A DNA stretch of 64,000 nucleotides from Nitrospirota bacterium (GCA_963840455.1 CAWIYV010000004.1:64001-128000), one strand, 5' to 3'; shown: positions 1-10,542, counted from the stretch's first letter. Translations and numbers: made by a program. The notes: generated from the sequence alone by a model not told the origin.

Positions 1-474
1 CACGGAATCGTATCCGCTCGTGTTGTACACGATGGGCAGGTCGAAGCCCCGCTCCCGCGCGATGCCCACCGCCTTCAGGATCTGGGGGACATAGTGCGTC
101 GGGGTCACAAGGTTCAGGTTGTGGCAGCCCTGCTCCTGCATCCAGAGCATCTGGCAGGCCAGTTCCCCCGGCGTCCGCTCGGTGCCGTGTCCCATCTGGC
201 TGATGGGATAGTTCTGGCAGTAGATGCAGCGGAGATTGCAGTTCGTGAAAAAGATCGTGCCCGAGCCTTTGATGCCCGAGAGCGGCGGTTCCTCGCCGTG
301 GTGCGGGCTGACGCTCGCGATGGCCGGGTTGAGCCCCGAGCGGCAGAAGCCCAGCCTGCTGTCCTCGAGCCGGTTCACCCCGCACTCCCGGGGGCAGACA
401 GTGCATTCCTCGAGATGACGGTACGCCGCCTCGATCCGAAGTTCCAGTTCTTCTTTTGAGATAACAACTGCCAC
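1..474 (-). CDS. Radical SAM protein, PflX-like (runs off window edge)
   Basis: Manual translation from GTG at 474: VAVVISKEELELRIEAAYRHLEECTVCPRECGVNR...HHGEEPPLSG..GSGTIFFTNCNLRCIYCQN, with a CxxxCxxC motif; frame open to position 1. Confidence 0.85.
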   Translation of the reverse strand, partial: MAVVISKEELELRIEAAYRHLEECTVCPRECGVNRLEDSRLGFCRSGLNPAIASVSPHHGEEPPLSGIKGSGTIFFTNCNLRCIYCQNYPISQMGHGTERTPGELACQMLWMQEQGCHNLNLVTPTHYVPQILKAVGIARERGFDLPIVYNTSGYDSV

Positions 475-490
475 GGCCGAGCCTTCTTCA

Positions 491-568
491 GCCACCGAGG
501 TCACCGGGGTCACCGAGAAATTCAACGCGAGTGATTTTCTCTGTGTCCTCTGAGCGCTCTCTGCGGCA
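491..568. repeat. Intergenic palindromic repeat (family D, ACCGCAGAG-nonamer arms), degenerate copy
   Basis: Left arm gccaccgaggtcaccggggtcaccgag, right arm ctctgtgtcctctgagcgctctctgcggc; related copies at 1789, 4060, 5113 and 26714. Confidence 0.6.
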
Positions 569-576
569 AGGAGAAT

Positions 577-1695
577 TTATTTATGTTTTTCCATCATGTC
601 CACAAAACGCTGGAACAGGTACCTGCTGTCGTGCGGTCCCGGCGACGACTCGGGGTGGTACTGGACGGAGAAGGCCGGCAGGGTCTTGTGCTGGATGCCC
701 TCGCACGTCCTGTCGTTCAGGTTCATGTGGGTCATCTCCACGTGTTCCTTCACCGACTCCATGTCCACGGCGAAGCCATGGTTCTCGGCTGCGATCTCGA
801 CCTTGCGCGTCGTCAGGTCCATGATCGGCTGATTCCCGCCGCGGTGGCCGAACTTGAGCTTGTAGGTCCTCCCGCCGAGCGCCAGGCCCAGGAGCTGCTG
901 GCCCAGGCAGATGCCGAAGATCGGTTTCTTGCCGAGGATCTTCTTGATGTTCTCGATGGCATAGGTCACCGGCTCAGGATCTCCCGGACCATTCGAGAGA
1001 AACACCCCGTCTGGCTGCATGGCGAGCACCTCTTCCGCCGGCATGGTGGCAGGCACTACGGTGACATCGCAGCCCGCGCTCGTGAGCAGCCGCAGGATGT
1101 TCCGCTTGATGCCATAGTCGTAGGCCACGACCTTGTACCGCGACAGGGACTTCTTTCCGTAGCCGGTCTCGAGATCCCAGATGCCTTCGTCCCAGGCGTA
1201 AGGTTTTTTGCATGTAACGTCCTTTGCAAGGTCGAGTCCGTTCATCTTCGGCAGTTTCTTTGCTTTGGCGAATAAGCTCCCCGGGTCCAGGTCCTTCGTC
1301 GAGATGATCCCTGGCTGGGCGCCCACGTCGCGGATATGGCGCGTCAGTGCCCGCGTGTCGATGCCCTGGATTCCTGCGATCTGATGCGCCTTCAGATAGG
1401 CGTCGAGCGATCGCTTCATCCGCCAGTTGCTCGGGAAGTCCAGGTACTCCTTCACGATGAACCCTTCCACCTGTGGTTTCCCGGACTCCACGTCCTCGTC
1501 GTTCGTGCCATAGTTCCCGATCTGGGGATAGGTCATGGTGACGATCTGGCCCTTGTACGACGGGTCCGTCAGGATCTCCTGGTATCCCGTCATGCTGGTG
1601 TTGAAGACCACCTCGCCCGTGGCCTCGCCTTCCGCCCCGAAGGAGGAGCCTTCGAACACCATGCCGTCTGCCAATGCAAGGATCGCTTTTTTCAT
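577..1695 (-). CDS. carA: Carbamoyl-phosphate synthase small subunit
   Basis: [49 protein letters not shown] motifs. Confidence 0.98.
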   Translation of the reverse strand: MKKAILALADGMVFEGSSFGAEGEATGEVVFNTSMTGYQEILTDPSYKGQIVTMTYPQIGNYGTNDEDVESGKPQVEGFIVKEYLDFPSNWRMKRSLDAYLKAHQIAGIQGIDTRALTRHIRDVGAQPGIISTKDLDPGSLFAKAKKLPKMNGLDLAKDVTCKKPYAWDEGIWDLETGYGKKSLSRYKVVAYDYGIKRNILRLLTSAGCDVTVVPATMPAEEVLAMQPDGVFLSNGPGDPEPVTYAIENIKKILGKKPIFGICLGQQLLGLALGGRTYKLKFGHRGGNQPIMDLTTRKVEIAAENHGFAVDMESVKEHVEMTHMNLNDRTCEGIQHKTLPAFSVQYHPESSPGPHDSRYLFQRFVDMMEKHK

Positions 1696-1788
1696 ATTCC
1701 ACCTTCCCGCCTACCCCCCTGTCATCCCCCTTGGCAAGGGGGGAACGAGGGGGGTGCAATCCGCAATCATTTTATATTGATAAACTTA

Positions 1789-1882
1789 TTTTACCGCTGA
1801 GCTCGCGGAGAACGCAGAGTTAATTCGTTATCTTGAATCAAGAATATATTTCTCAGCGCCCTCTGCGTCCTCTGCGGTGAAA
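1789..1882. repeat. Family D palindromic repeat
   Basis: ttttaccgctgagctcgcggagaacgcagag ... ctcagcgccctctgcgtcctctgcggtgaaa. Confidence 0.75.
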
Positions 1883-1885
1883 GAA

Positions 1886-2782
1886 CTAGAATCTGTCTCG
1901 TATCTTGCCGTTCACATCCACTACTTCTCCGCTCACCTTTTCGCCGTCAACTGTCACATATACATAATGATGGAATCCGCCGTCCTCGTCCTTCGCGTAC
2001 AGCGGCGCTCCCCCGCCTCCGGCGATGATGTGGGGGATCCCGTCCACTGTTTTCCTGAGATACAGGTGCTCATGCCCCGCGAATACGGCCGTGACCTGGT
2101 GTTTCACAAAGAGCGCCTGCAGCCGGTCCCGGTCCTCTTTGTACCGGTCGAGGCTGTTCCCGTGATGCTTCCCTTTTCCCTTCTCGGGATAGAGCGGGTG
2201 ATGGACAAAGACGAATGTATGCTTCTGCTTCGATGCGGCCAGGACCTGCTCCAGCCATTTGAACTGTTCGCCGGTGATCCGTTTATCCTCTCCCTTGATA
2301 TAGGAATCGAGCACAACGAACAGCGAGTTCCCCCCGACGAAAGAGTAGTAGAGCTCGTTCCCGGGCAGGTCCACCTGCGCCTTGTAGATATCCTCGCTCC
2401 CCGCGACCTCCCCATGGATGTCATGGTTCCCCACCGTCAGGAAATAGGGAACAGCCACGCTCTTCGACAACTCCCAGAACCGCTTCCAGTGTTCGATATT
2501 GCCCGGCTTGTCGATCTGGTCGCCGGTATTTACGATGAAGGCCGGCTTTCGTTCAAGCGCCGCAGCAAGCACCTTTTGATAGACCGCATCGCATGCCGGG
2601 TCGCCCGCGCGGTTGTCACCGAACACGACAAAGGAGAACTTCGAAGAAAGCTTCTCATGCGAGGCGAGCTTCTGCTGAAGCAGCTGATCCTGTGCCGCAA
2701 TGCCATTCGTGATCGTTGCAAAAAAGATCAGAAGCGGTAGTAACGGTTTTATAATCCGCAATCCACGATCCGAAATCCGCAA
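1886..2782 (-). CDS. Exported calcineurin-like metallophosphoesterase
   Basis: GDNR, NTGD, GNHD, VHHP and AGHEH motifs; N-terminal hydrophobic signal. Start uncertain because the first codons are an ATCCGCA-type heptamer repeat. Confidence 0.88.
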   Translation of the reverse strand: MRISDRGLRIIKPLLPLLIFFATITNGIAAQDQLLQQKLASHEKLSSKFSFVVFGDNRAGDPACDAVYQKVLAAALERKPAFIVNTGDQIDKPGNIEHWKRFWELSKSVAVPYFLTVGNHDIHGEVAGSEDIYKAQVDLPGNELYYSFVGGNSLFVVLDSYIKGEDKRITGEQFKWLEQVLAASKQKHTFVFVHHPLYPEKGKGKHHGNSLDRYKEDRDRLQALFVKHQVTAVFAGHEHLYLRKTVDGIPHIIAGGGGAPLYAKDEDGGFHHYVYVTVDGEKVSGEVVDVNGKIRDRF

Positions 2783-4048
2783 TTAGATTCTTCCTTCCAC
2801 AATCGTCCGCACGGCCTTCCCCTTCAATTTCCAGCCGTCGAACGGCGTGTTCTTCGACTTCGACAGGAACTGCGAAGCATTCACGGTCCAGTCCAGGTCC
2901 GGGTCGATGATGGTGATGTCCGCTTCGGCTCCGACCGACAACATCCCGCCGCCGCTCTTGATGATCCGTGCAGGCGTCGTGCTCATACGGGTTATGAGGT
3001 CTGCCATCGAAAGGATGCCCTCCTGCACCAGTTTGAACGACAACCCGACGCTTGTCTCGAGCCCCACGATACCGAAGGGCGCGGCGTCGAACTCCACCGA
3101 CTTCTCGTCCAGGGCGTGGGGCGCGTGGTCCGTGGCGATCACGTCGAGCGTTCCGTCCTTGAGACCCTGCCTGATCGCCGCCACGTCATCGGCGGTCCGG
3201 AGCGGCGGGTTCATCTTTGCCATGGTATGGTACCCTCTCACTGCCTCGTCGGTGAGCGTAAAATAGTGCGGGCATGTCTCTGCGGTCACCTTGACGCCGC
3301 GCTGCTTTGCCTCGCGGATCATCCGGACGGAGCCTGCTGTGCTCACATGGCAGATATGGAGCCTCGCGCCGGTCAGTTCGGCAAGCTCGATGTCCCGGGC
3401 CGTCATCACGTCCTCGGCCGCGTTCGGAATGCCCCGGAGGCCGAGCTCCGTGGACACGAACCCTTCGTTCATAACGCCCTGTGCCGCGAGGCTTGCGTCC
3501 TCACAGTGCGAAATGACCGCGATGTCGAATATCGTAGAATATTCCATGGCTCGGCGCATGACCGCTGCCCTCATGACCGGTTTGCCGTCGTCGGAGATGC
3601 CTTTGCAGCCAGCCTCGTGCAGCTCGCCCATTTCGGCGAGTTCCTCGCCCTTTGAGCCTTTGGTGATGGCCCCGATGGGAAAGACCCGCGCCAAGGCCTT
3701 ACTCGCCGCCTGGGAGAGGATGAACTCCGTCACCGACCGGGAATCGTTCACCGGGTTCGTGTTCGGCATGCAGCAGACCGCCGTGAACCCGCCCGCCTTT
3801 GCCGCGGCAGTTCCGGTGGCAATGGTCTCCTTGTATTCGTATCCCGGCTCGCGAAGGTGGACGTGCATGTCGATCAAGCCCGGGACCACGAACTTGCCGC
3901 TCGCATCGATGATCTCTGCACCATTCGCTGGGAGTGAGCCCGGTTTGCCGAGCTTCGCGATCTTCCCGTCAGCGATGAGGAGATCGAGCTTCCCCTCCAC
4001 CTTGTTCACGGGATCGATGATGTTGCCGTTCTTGATCAGTATATTCAT
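2783..4048 (-). CDS. pyrC: Dihydroorotase
   Basis: [25 protein letters not shown] and ATDHAPH motifs; ATG at 4048 (MNILIKNG). Confidence 0.97.
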   Translation of the reverse strand: MNILIKNGNIIDPVNKVEGKLDLLIADGKIAKLGKPGSLPANGAEIIDASGKFVVPGLIDMHVHLREPGYEYKETIATGTAAAKAGGFTAVCCMPNTNPVNDSRSVTEFILSQAASKALARVFPIGAITKGSKGEELAEMGELHEAGCKGISDDGKPVMRAAVMRRAMEYSTIFDIAVISHCEDASLAAQGVMNEGFVSTELGLRGIPNAAEDVMTARDIELAELTGARLHICHVSTAGSVRMIREAKQRGVKVTAETCPHYFTLTDEAVRGYHTMAKMNPPLRTADDVAAIRQGLKDGTLDVIATDHAPHALDEKSVEFDAAPFGIVGLETSVGLSFKLVQEGILSMADLITRMSTTPARIIKSGGGMLSVGAEADITIIDPDLDWTVNASQFLSKSKNTPFDGWKLKGKAVRTIVEGRI

Positions 4049-4059
4049 AAACACACCTT

Positions 4060-4151
4060 TTTCACCGCAGAGCACGCAGAGGTCGCAGAGTTTGGACCGT
4101 TAAGATCGGACCTTTCTCTTTCTCAGCGTTCTCAGCGATCTCCGCGGTAAA
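4060..4151. repeat. Family D palindromic repeat
   Basis: tttcaccgcagagcacgcagaggtcgcagag ... ctcagcgttctcagcgatctccgcggtaaa. Confidence 0.75.
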
Positions 4152-4154
4152 TAA

Positions 4155-5084
4155 TTAGTTTTCTGCTTTTGTCCCGCCCGACAGCAGGAACATCACCGCC
4201 ATGCGGACCGCAACGCCGTTCGTCACCTGGTCGAGGATGACCGAATGATGGTCCGCCACGTCGGAAGCGATCTCCACGCCGCGGTTCATGGGACCGGGAT
4301 GCATCACGATAGCGTTCTGTGCCGCCTGCTCAAGCCGCGCCCGGTTGAGGCCGAACAGCCGCGCGTATTCCCGCACGCCGGGAAAGAGCCCCGCGGCCTG
4401 GCGCTCGAGCTGGAGCCTGAGCGTCATGATGACGTCGGCGCCCCTGACCGCTTCGTCCATGTCGTAGAAGACCGGGACCCCCAGCTTCTCGATGCCCCTT
4501 GGAAGCATGGTCGGCGGGCCGCATACGCGGACCTTCGCGCCCATGGTCGTGAGCCCGTAGATGTTCGAACGGGCGACGCGGCTGTGCAGGATGTCTCCCA
4601 CAATGGCCACGGTGACCCCCTCGAGCCTGCCGTGCTTCTCGCGTATGGTGAACATGTCGAGGAGGGCCTGGGTCGGATGCTCGTGGAACCCGTCGCCGGC
4701 GTTGATCACCGAGCTCTTAAGCCGCTGCGCAAGGTACTCGGGCGCACCCGAGCAGGAATGGCGCACGATGATCATGTCGCTCTTCATGGCCTCGATGTTC
4801 CGCGCGGTGTCGAGGAGCGTCTCGCCTTTCACCACGCTGGAGGTCGAGGTCGAGATGTTGATCACATCTGCCGAGAGCCGCTTGCCGGCCAGCTCGAAGG
4901 ACGTCCGGGTCCTCGTGCTCGCCTCGTAGAAGAGGTTGATGACCGTCTTGCCGCGGAGCGCGGGCACCTTCTTGATGTCCCGCTCCGATACGTCCTTGAA
5001 CGTGGCGGCGGTGTCGAGGATGAGCTTGATCTCCTCCGCGGCCATGCCTTTGATCCCGAGCAGGTCCTTTGAGCTGAGCGCCAT
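4155..5084 (-). CDS. pyrB: Aspartate carbamoyltransferase catalytic subunit
   Basis: [29 protein letters not shown] and MHPGPMNRG motifs. Confidence 0.98.
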   Translation of the reverse strand: MALSSKDLLGIKGMAAEEIKLILDTAATFKDVSERDIKKVPALRGKTVINLFYEASTRTRTSFELAGKRLSADVINISTSTSSVVKGETLLDTARNIEAMKSDMIIVRHSCSGAPEYLAQRLKSSVINAGDGFHEHPTQALLDMFTIREKHGRLEGVTVAIVGDILHSRVARSNIYGLTTMGAKVRVCGPPTMLPRGIEKLGVPVFYDMDEAVRGADVIMTLRLQLERQAAGLFPGVREYARLFGLNRARLEQAAQNAIVMHPGPMNRGVEIASDVADHHSVILDQVTNGVAVRMAVMFLLSGGTKAEN

Positions 5085-5112
5085 GGCTTTCCTCTCACAT
5101 CAACGGCAGTCT

Positions 5113-5198
5113 GCCACAGAGGACACCGAGCACATCATAGGCTGAAGAAAGCCATAAGATCCGATGTCGTTCGGCGACCTCGATGCTCTCTGTGGCGA
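5113..5198. repeat. Family D palindromic repeat, degenerate
   Basis: gccacagaggacaccgagcac ... cggcgacctcgatgctctctgtggc. Confidence 0.6.
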
Positions 5199-5236
5199 AT
5201 TGCTTCGTTCTTTCCTTCCGCATTCCGAACCCGATG

Positions 5237-5782
5237 CTATTCTTCGAAAATGACGACCTTCTCCTCCACCCCGTCCTCGGCGAGCGTGACCTCGACCTTT
5301 TCCCTGGACGAGGTGGGAAGGTTCTTGCCGACAAAGTCGGCCCGGATCGGAAGCTCGCGGTGGCCGCGGTCAACCAGCACCGCCAGCTGGATGCGCTGCG
5401 GCCTGCCATAGTCCATGATGCTGTTCAGAGCAGCCCGGATGGTCCTGCCCGTGAAGACCACGTCATCCACGAGGACGATGGACCGGTCCTTGATATCAAA
5501 GGTGATGTCCGTAGCCTGGGGCACGGGCTGGGATTTCCGGGTGTTCAGGTCGTCCCGGTACATGGTAATGTCCAGGCTGCCGACCGGCACCTCGACGCCT
5601 TCGATGGCCTTGATCTTATCTGCCAGCCGCTTCGCCAAATGCACACCGCCGCGCTGGATGCCGATGAGGCCGAGGTGCTTTGCGCCTTTATTCTTCTCCA
5701 GGATCTCATGCGCCACCCGGGTGAGCGCCCGGTCAATGGCCGGACGGTCCAGGATCAGGGCTTTCTCTTTTGTTGTGCTCAC
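5237..5782 (-). CDS. pyrR: Bifunctional pyr attenuation regulator / uracil phosphoribosyltransferase
   Basis: [26 protein letters not shown] and [17 protein letters not shown] motifs; GTG at 5782 preceded by AAGGAG. Confidence 0.96.
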   Translation of the reverse strand: MSTTKEKALILDRPAIDRALTRVAHEILEKNKGAKHLGLIGIQRGGVHLAKRLADKIKAIEGVEVPVGSLDITMYRDDLNTRKSQPVPQATDITFDIKDRSIVLVDDVVFTGRTIRAALNSIMDYGRPQRIQLAVLVDRGHRELPIRADFVGKNLPTSSREKVEVTLAEDGVEEKVVIFEE

Positions 5783-5804
5783 CGTATTCTCCTTGAAAGG
5801 ACAC

Positions 5805-5842
5805 AAAAAAACCTTCTCCCCCGAACATGGGGAAGAAGGTTG
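5805..5842 (-). terminator. Attenuator terminator of the pyr leader
   Basis: Minus strand AACCTTCTTCCCCATGTTCGGGGGAGAAGGTTTTTT: hairpin plus U-tract just 5' of pyrR. Confidence 0.85.
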
Positions 5843-5892
5843 GCGTGTTCGTGATAAGACGTTCTCGTCTCGTTATACTTTTTCATGTCCTG

Positions 5893-5927
5893 CCCTTTCT
5901 GGCCTCACAGGACCAGACTTAAAGAGG
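5893..5927 (-). promoter_or_regulatory. PyrR-binding RNA loop (anti-antiterminator)
   Basis: Minus strand CCTCTTTAAGTCTGGTCCTGTGAGGCCAGAAAGGG matches the CUUUAA...RUCCNGNGAGGY PyrR-site pattern. Confidence 0.88.
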
Positions 5928-5945
5928 ATCGATTGATGCGGCGTT

Positions 5946-5974
5946 ACAATACTCCAACTGCCCGTTCCTGTCAA
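5946..5974 (-). promoter_or_regulatory. Sigma70-type promoter of the pyr operon
   Basis: Minus strand TTGACA-17 nt-TATTGT just upstream of the PyrR loop. Confidence 0.7.
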
Positions 5975-6002
5975 GAGCTTTCTGTGGGCGGCGATGCAGG
6001 CC

Positions 6003-6191
6003 TTATGCTTTGGCCGGTGGATCGATCTTCTTCGCCTCCTGCTGTTCCTCGGTGCCCTCGCGCATCCCCTGCTTGAAGCTCTTGATGGCCTTGCCCAGGC
6101 CTTCACCGAGCTGCGGCAGCTTATTCGGGCCGAAGATGATCAGTGCGATCACCAGAATGACCATCATTTCAGGAAATCCCAGTCCGCCCAT
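6003..6191 (-). CDS. tatA: Twin-arginine translocase TatA/TatE subunit
   Basis: [40 protein letters not shown]; RBS GAGGAG. Confidence 0.95.
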   Translation of the reverse strand: MGGLGFPEMMVILVIALIIFGPNKLPQLGEGLGKAIKSFKQGMREGTEEQQEAKKIDPPAKA

Positions 6192-6359
6192 AAATTTCTC
6201 CTCTCGAAGTTTTTCCCTGAACGTATGAAAAATCTGCGCCGACCATCGTTCACGGCTCTAAGCCCGATCGTCGGAATCCAGCGATCTCGGCACGATGGTG
6301 TCGTCGGTCCTCCGGCAGCGGACATGAGCATCCCACCTGCGGGAATCCCCGGCCTGAGA

Positions 6360-6388
6360 ATAGTACACCTCTTCAAAAACTGCATCAA
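6360..6388 (-). promoter_or_regulatory. Candidate sigma70 promoter for tatA
   Basis: Minus strand TTGATG-17 nt-TACTAT. Confidence 0.45.
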
Positions 6389-6569
6389 GGCTTTTTTATG
6401 ACTTCTCTGCAGGCACCGGGCTGGACGCATGACCGATGACCTGCGCACGTGTCTTGCTGGCGTAGCTCCTTGCAACGACGTTGCCACAGGGAATTGCGGC
6501 AGGACTGTATCGTGGGGAGGTGTTGCGCAGAAGCTGCCGATGAACTGCCCACGGAATCCGCCGTGTGCA

Positions 6570-7133
6570 TCAATTCATCTTCTTCAGATTCTGCAACTGG
6601 GCCGTGGCGCGGTCGATGGCCGTTTTTGCCTCCCCGTCGGAGGGATTGAAGACCAGGATCTTTTTCCATATCGCGATAGCCTGTTCAAGGTCCCCAGCCC
6701 GGTATTTCATGATGCCGAGCTCCATCAGCATTTTAGAGCAGGCTCCGATCCGCATGGCGAGATAATCGGCGTCGAAGGAAAGCGCCCTCTGGAGCCGCCG
6801 CTTCCCGAAACCGGATTTCAACAGCGTATGGTAGAGTTCGCCGGCCTTCGCATAGTCTCGTGCCTCATATTCCTTATCGGCCTTTTCTTTGATGCTTTCC
6901 AGCGCCTCCGTGTATGCGTCCAGCAGGTCCTCGTTCCCGGGATGACTGTCAACGGCTGCAGCGTAGATCTCGATTGCCTTTTTGTAGTTTCCTGAAGACA
7001 GGTATGCTTTCGCCTGGTTCACGGTACTGACGTCCTCAGAGCTGGATGGCTGCGGGGGGTGAGCGCAGGATGACGCGAGCGAGACGATGGCACTGAGGAG
7101 AATAGGACAGAGAATGGATTTCGCTTTGAACAT
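6570..7133 (-). CDS. TPR-repeat lipoprotein
   Basis: Lipobox-like LASSC; TPR-like helices (AKAYLSSGNYKKAIEIY; LGIMKYRAGDLEQAIAIWKKIL). Confidence 0.8.
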   Translation of the reverse strand: MFKAKSILCPILLSAIVSLASSCAHPPQPSSSEDVSTVNQAKAYLSSGNYKKAIEIYAAAVDSHPGNEDLLDAYTEALESIKEKADKEYEARDYAKAGELYHTLLKSGFGKRRLQRALSFDADYLAMRIGACSKMLMELGIMKYRAGDLEQAIAIWKKILVFNPSDGEAKTAIDRATAQLQNLKKMN

Positions 7134-7136
7134 CGG

Positions 7137-8561
7137 TCAGATCCGGACGAACGACTGCTCGACGGAGGTCTTGAGCCGTTTCACGATCCGGACGAATATA
7201 TCCACCAGGCGCGGATCGAACTGCGTGCCTGCGCAAAGGATGATCTCCCGCACGGCATCCGCCTGCGCCCGGGATGGCCGATAGGGCCGAATCGAGGTCA
7301 TCGCATCGAAGGCATCGGCAACGGAGATGATGGCTGCATGGAGCGGGATATCTTCTCCACTCAGGCCGTCAGGATAGCCGTCCCCGTTGAACCACTCGTG
7401 GTGGTGTTTCACCGCGGGTATGTACTTGTGGAGAAATGCCGCCCTGCTCAGGATCTGGGCGCCATCTTCCGTGTGCCTCATGATCTCCTCGTGTTCGTCC
7501 CGGTTTAACCTGCCCTCTTTGAACAGCAAGTGGTCCGGCGTTCTCATCTTTCCCACATCATGGAAAAGGCATGCGATCTCGAGGTCCTCGAGCTCTTTTT
7601 TGGAAAGACCGAGCGCTTTGCCCATCTTGAGGGAAAGAACGGCGACGCGGGTCGAATGGCCGTGCGTATAGGGATCGCGGGCATCGATCGCCGCTGACAG
7701 GACCTTGACCGTAGCAATATAGGCTTGTTCCAATTCCCTGGCATAGTCGCCGAGCTCTGTCCTCTGGCGTGATATCAGCTCCGTCATTTCATTAAAGCTT
7801 GTTGTCAGCGCGCCGAGTTCGTCCCCGGAATAGATCATCAGCGGACGGGTCTTCTTTCCCTCCTTCAGCTCTTCGACTCCTTTTGCAAGCTCCATGACCG
7901 GCCTGGTGATCAACGAAGACATGATGACGATGCTGAGGATCGACAAGGCCAGAACAGCCGCCAGCGCGCCCAGGATCTGCCGCCGGACCTGGCCCTTTGC
8001 CTCAAGCAGGGATGACTTGTTCATCCTGATGATGACGGTGCCGATCTGCTTCTTCTGGAATACGACGGGGTTGATGATATCGAAATAATCCGCAGTACCG
8101 CTCTTGATCTCGTTGACGATCGTATCGCCGCTGTTCCGCATCAGCACGCTGTCCGATACCGGAATGAAGACCGTTTCCCGCTTGCCGATATCACTGTGCG
8201 CCAGGATCGTCATGCTGTTCCCGACGATCGCCACATACTCCACGTCCGGATTCGCGGACTTTATTTTCGTTGCGATGGTATCAAGGCCCAGCAGGTCATG
8301 AGAAAGGATATTGTAGGACGCCAGTTCGGCGGCGCTTTTGCCGAGAGATTCTGCCCGTTTCATTACCTCGTCCATGATATGCTGTTCCATGGTCCGCAGG
8401 GTAAGCAGGGAGAAAACAATGGTGGTTATGAGCACAAGGAACACGATGAGCATGGACAGTTTAAAGCTCAGCGTGAAGATGGAAGTCGGCCGCAAAGCCG
8501 TCACCTTCTCTTGGAGGAGATCTTTGTCCCTTTCGTGCGTTATCTTCTCAAGTAATCCCAT
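7137..8561 (-). CDS. Membrane HAMP + HD-GYP phosphodiesterase
   Basis: Two TM segments, HAMP (DELGALTTSFNEM), DPYTHGHS, HDVGK and HHEWFNGDGYP motifs. Confidence 0.92.
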   Translation of the reverse strand: MGLLEKITHERDKDLLQEKVTALRPTSIFTLSFKLSMLIVFLVLITTIVFSLLTLRTMEQHIMDEVMKRAESLGKSAAELASYNILSHDLLGLDTIATKIKSANPDVEYVAIVGNSMTILAHSDIGKRETVFIPVSDSVLMRNSGDTIVNEIKSGTADYFDIINPVVFQKKQIGTVIIRMNKSSLLEAKGQVRRQILGALAAVLALSILSIVIMSSLITRPVMELAKGVEELKEGKKTRPLMIYSGDELGALTTSFNEMTELISRQRTELGDYARELEQAYIATVKVLSAAIDARDPYTHGHSTRVAVLSLKMGKALGLSKKELEDLEIACLFHDVGKMRTPDHLLFKEGRLNRDEHEEIMRHTEDGAQILSRAAFLHKYIPAVKHHHEWFNGDGYPDGLSGEDIPLHAAIISVADAFDAMTSIRPYRPSRAQADAVREIILCAGTQFDPRLVDIFVRIVKRLKTSVEQSFVRI

Positions 8562-8860
8562 AGTATACAGGCTGATATCGGTCGATCTCTTTTCTGATGC
8601 GCGTAAATAAAAAAAGCTTCTTTCAGAGCAAGGATAGTTATCCCCTGTTCCCCATCGAAAGGATTATGGCGGTACTGATCGGATGAATGGCCATAACAAC
8701 AAGAATAGCTCGCCCCATAGTGAGAGTCAAGAGAAAAACCCATATTTTTCGATCAAAAATAATAAAAAGAACAAGTAGATACGTCGTCCTGAAAAGCAGG
8801 ATGCTCGGCCATGGCCAGTGAAGTAAGTTACCTGGAGTGCTCATGCACCATTGGACGCGC

Positions 8861-10507
8861 CTATCCTATCATTGTGGCGACCCTGTTCCTCCCCGCCTCT
8901 TTTGACGCGTAGAGCGCCGTGTCGGCGAGCGTTACGAAGGTGTCAATGTTCTCGACGGGAGCGCAGCAGCTGGCAACCCCCATGCTGAGCGTGACCCGTA
9001 CCTGCTTGTTCCAGGGAATCTCGAGGTCCAGACCCTCGACCGTGCGGCGGATCTTTTCCGCAATACGCTTCGCTCCGGCGAGCGATGTCTCGGGTAGGAT
9101 GATCATGAACTCGTCACCGCCGTACCGCCCCACGATGTCCGCCTTGCGCAGCGACTTCTGGAGCGCCATGGCAACGGACAGGAGCGCACGGTCTCCCGCG
9201 GTATGGCCGAAGGAGTCGTTGATATGCTTGAACTTGTCGATGTCGCAAAGGACCAGCGAAAGGTTGGTATTATACCGGGTTGCCCGGTCGATCTCGTGTT
9301 TCAGCGTGTCATTGAGCGCCCGGCGGTTGAGCAGTCCGGTAAGCCCATCGGTCGTCGACAAATGGTTCAAGGTGGCGATCATCCGCTTCTTCTCATCTTC
9401 CTCTTGCTTCCGGTCGGTGATGTTCCGGGTATATTCGATGACATGCGATACGTTCCCGGCGTGGTCGAAAATGGGATAGGTGAAGATCTCGATCCACAAC
9501 GTTGAACCGTCCGACAGCGTCAGCTGCTTCTCCTTTGCGCAGGGATCCTTCGTCTGGAACGTCCTGTCAACGATGCATTCATCGCACACGCCGGGCCTGT
9601 TGTGCAGCGCCTCGTAGCATTTCTTCCCGAAGAGGTCGCCCGATCGCTTTTCCCGCATGCGCGCGTAGGCGTCATTGAACTTGATGATCCTGTATTCGTG
9701 GTTCACGATGCTGAACGGGTCGTGAATGCTGTCGAAGATGGTGCTCAGAAAGTTCTCCGAACGGCAGAGCTCTTCCTCGGTCCGCGTCCGGTCGTTGATC
9801 TCCCTGCGCAGGACCTCATTGACCGCATGCAGTTCCTTGGTCCGCTCCGTCACCAGGTGCTCCAACTGCTCACGGTGTTTCCGCAGTTCCTTTTCCGATC
9901 TCTTGCGTTCGGTTATATCGCGCAGCAGTCCCACGGCGTGCCATTTCCCCTTGAGCAGAAGCGCGGAGAGAGAGATCTCGACGGGGAACTCCGGGCCTCC
10001 CTTGTGCACCGCCCTCAGTTCGAGCGTCCTGCCGGCGGTCGAATCCAGCCCCGATTCCCGGAACTTGAGGAAACTCTTCTGATAGGTCCGCAGGTATCGC
10101 TGCGGGGCCAGCAAGGCATGCAGTTCCCTGCCGATCGCCTCGTGTGAGGGATACCCAAAGATCCTTTCTGCAGCGCTGTTCCAGAACGAGATCCTCCCCT
10201 CGTGGTCCATCAGAACGATAGCATCGCTGGCCGCGTCGGCGAGTATGAGCAGGGTCTCATTGCTTTCCTGGGATGCCTTCTGGGCGCGGTTGCGTTTCAG
10301 AACGGTCCGGGCGAGGACCACGCCGACGGTGACGAGGCTGGCGATAAAGAGCGATCGGGAGTAGATCTCATGGGCGGACAGGTGCAGCAGAAGGACGTCG
10401 GAGAAGGCGCCTGTTCGGAAAACAAAGGCATCCATGGCTGCGCCCCATACCCAGAGGGCAAGTGACGCAATGCCGATAAGAACTATGGCGAGGCGCTTAT
10501 TTTTCAT
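8861..10507 (-). CDS. Membrane PAS-PAS diguanylate cyclase
   Basis: Two PAS/PAC regions ending DITERK and NITDRK; DGLTGLLNRR; RxxD I-site (RKAD) before RYGGDEF. Confidence 0.95.
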   Translation of the reverse strand: MKNKRLAIVLIGIASLALWVWGAAMDAFVFRTGAFSDVLLLHLSAHEIYSRSLFIASLVTVGVVLARTVLKRNRAQKASQESNETLLILADAASDAIVLMDHEGRISFWNSAAERIFGYPSHEAIGRELHALLAPQRYLRTYQKSFLKFRESGLDSTAGRTLELRAVHKGGPEFPVEISLSALLLKGKWHAVGLLRDITERKRSEKELRKHREQLEHLVTERTKELHAVNEVLRREINDRTRTEEELCRSENFLSTIFDSIHDPFSIVNHEYRIIKFNDAYARMREKRSGDLFGKKCYEALHNRPGVCDECIVDRTFQTKDPCAKEKQLTLSDGSTLWIEIFTYPIFDHAGNVSHVIEYTRNITDRKQEEDEKKRMIATLNHLSTTDGLTGLLNRRALNDTLKHEIDRATRYNTNLSLVLCDIDKFKHINDSFGHTAGDRALLSVAMALQKSLRKADIVGRYGGDEFMIILPETSLAGAKRIAEKIRRTVEGLDLEIPWNKQVRVTLSMGVASCCAPVENIDTFVTLADTALYASKEAGRNRVATMIG

Positions 10508-10542
10508 ATAACATTAAATACATGTTCATGCTAAATATTAAA

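Noticed and set aside
8638-8844. 68-aa hydrophobic ORF between the DGC and HD-GYP genes
   Set aside because: No motif or clear RBS; may be chance in AT-rich intergenic DNA.
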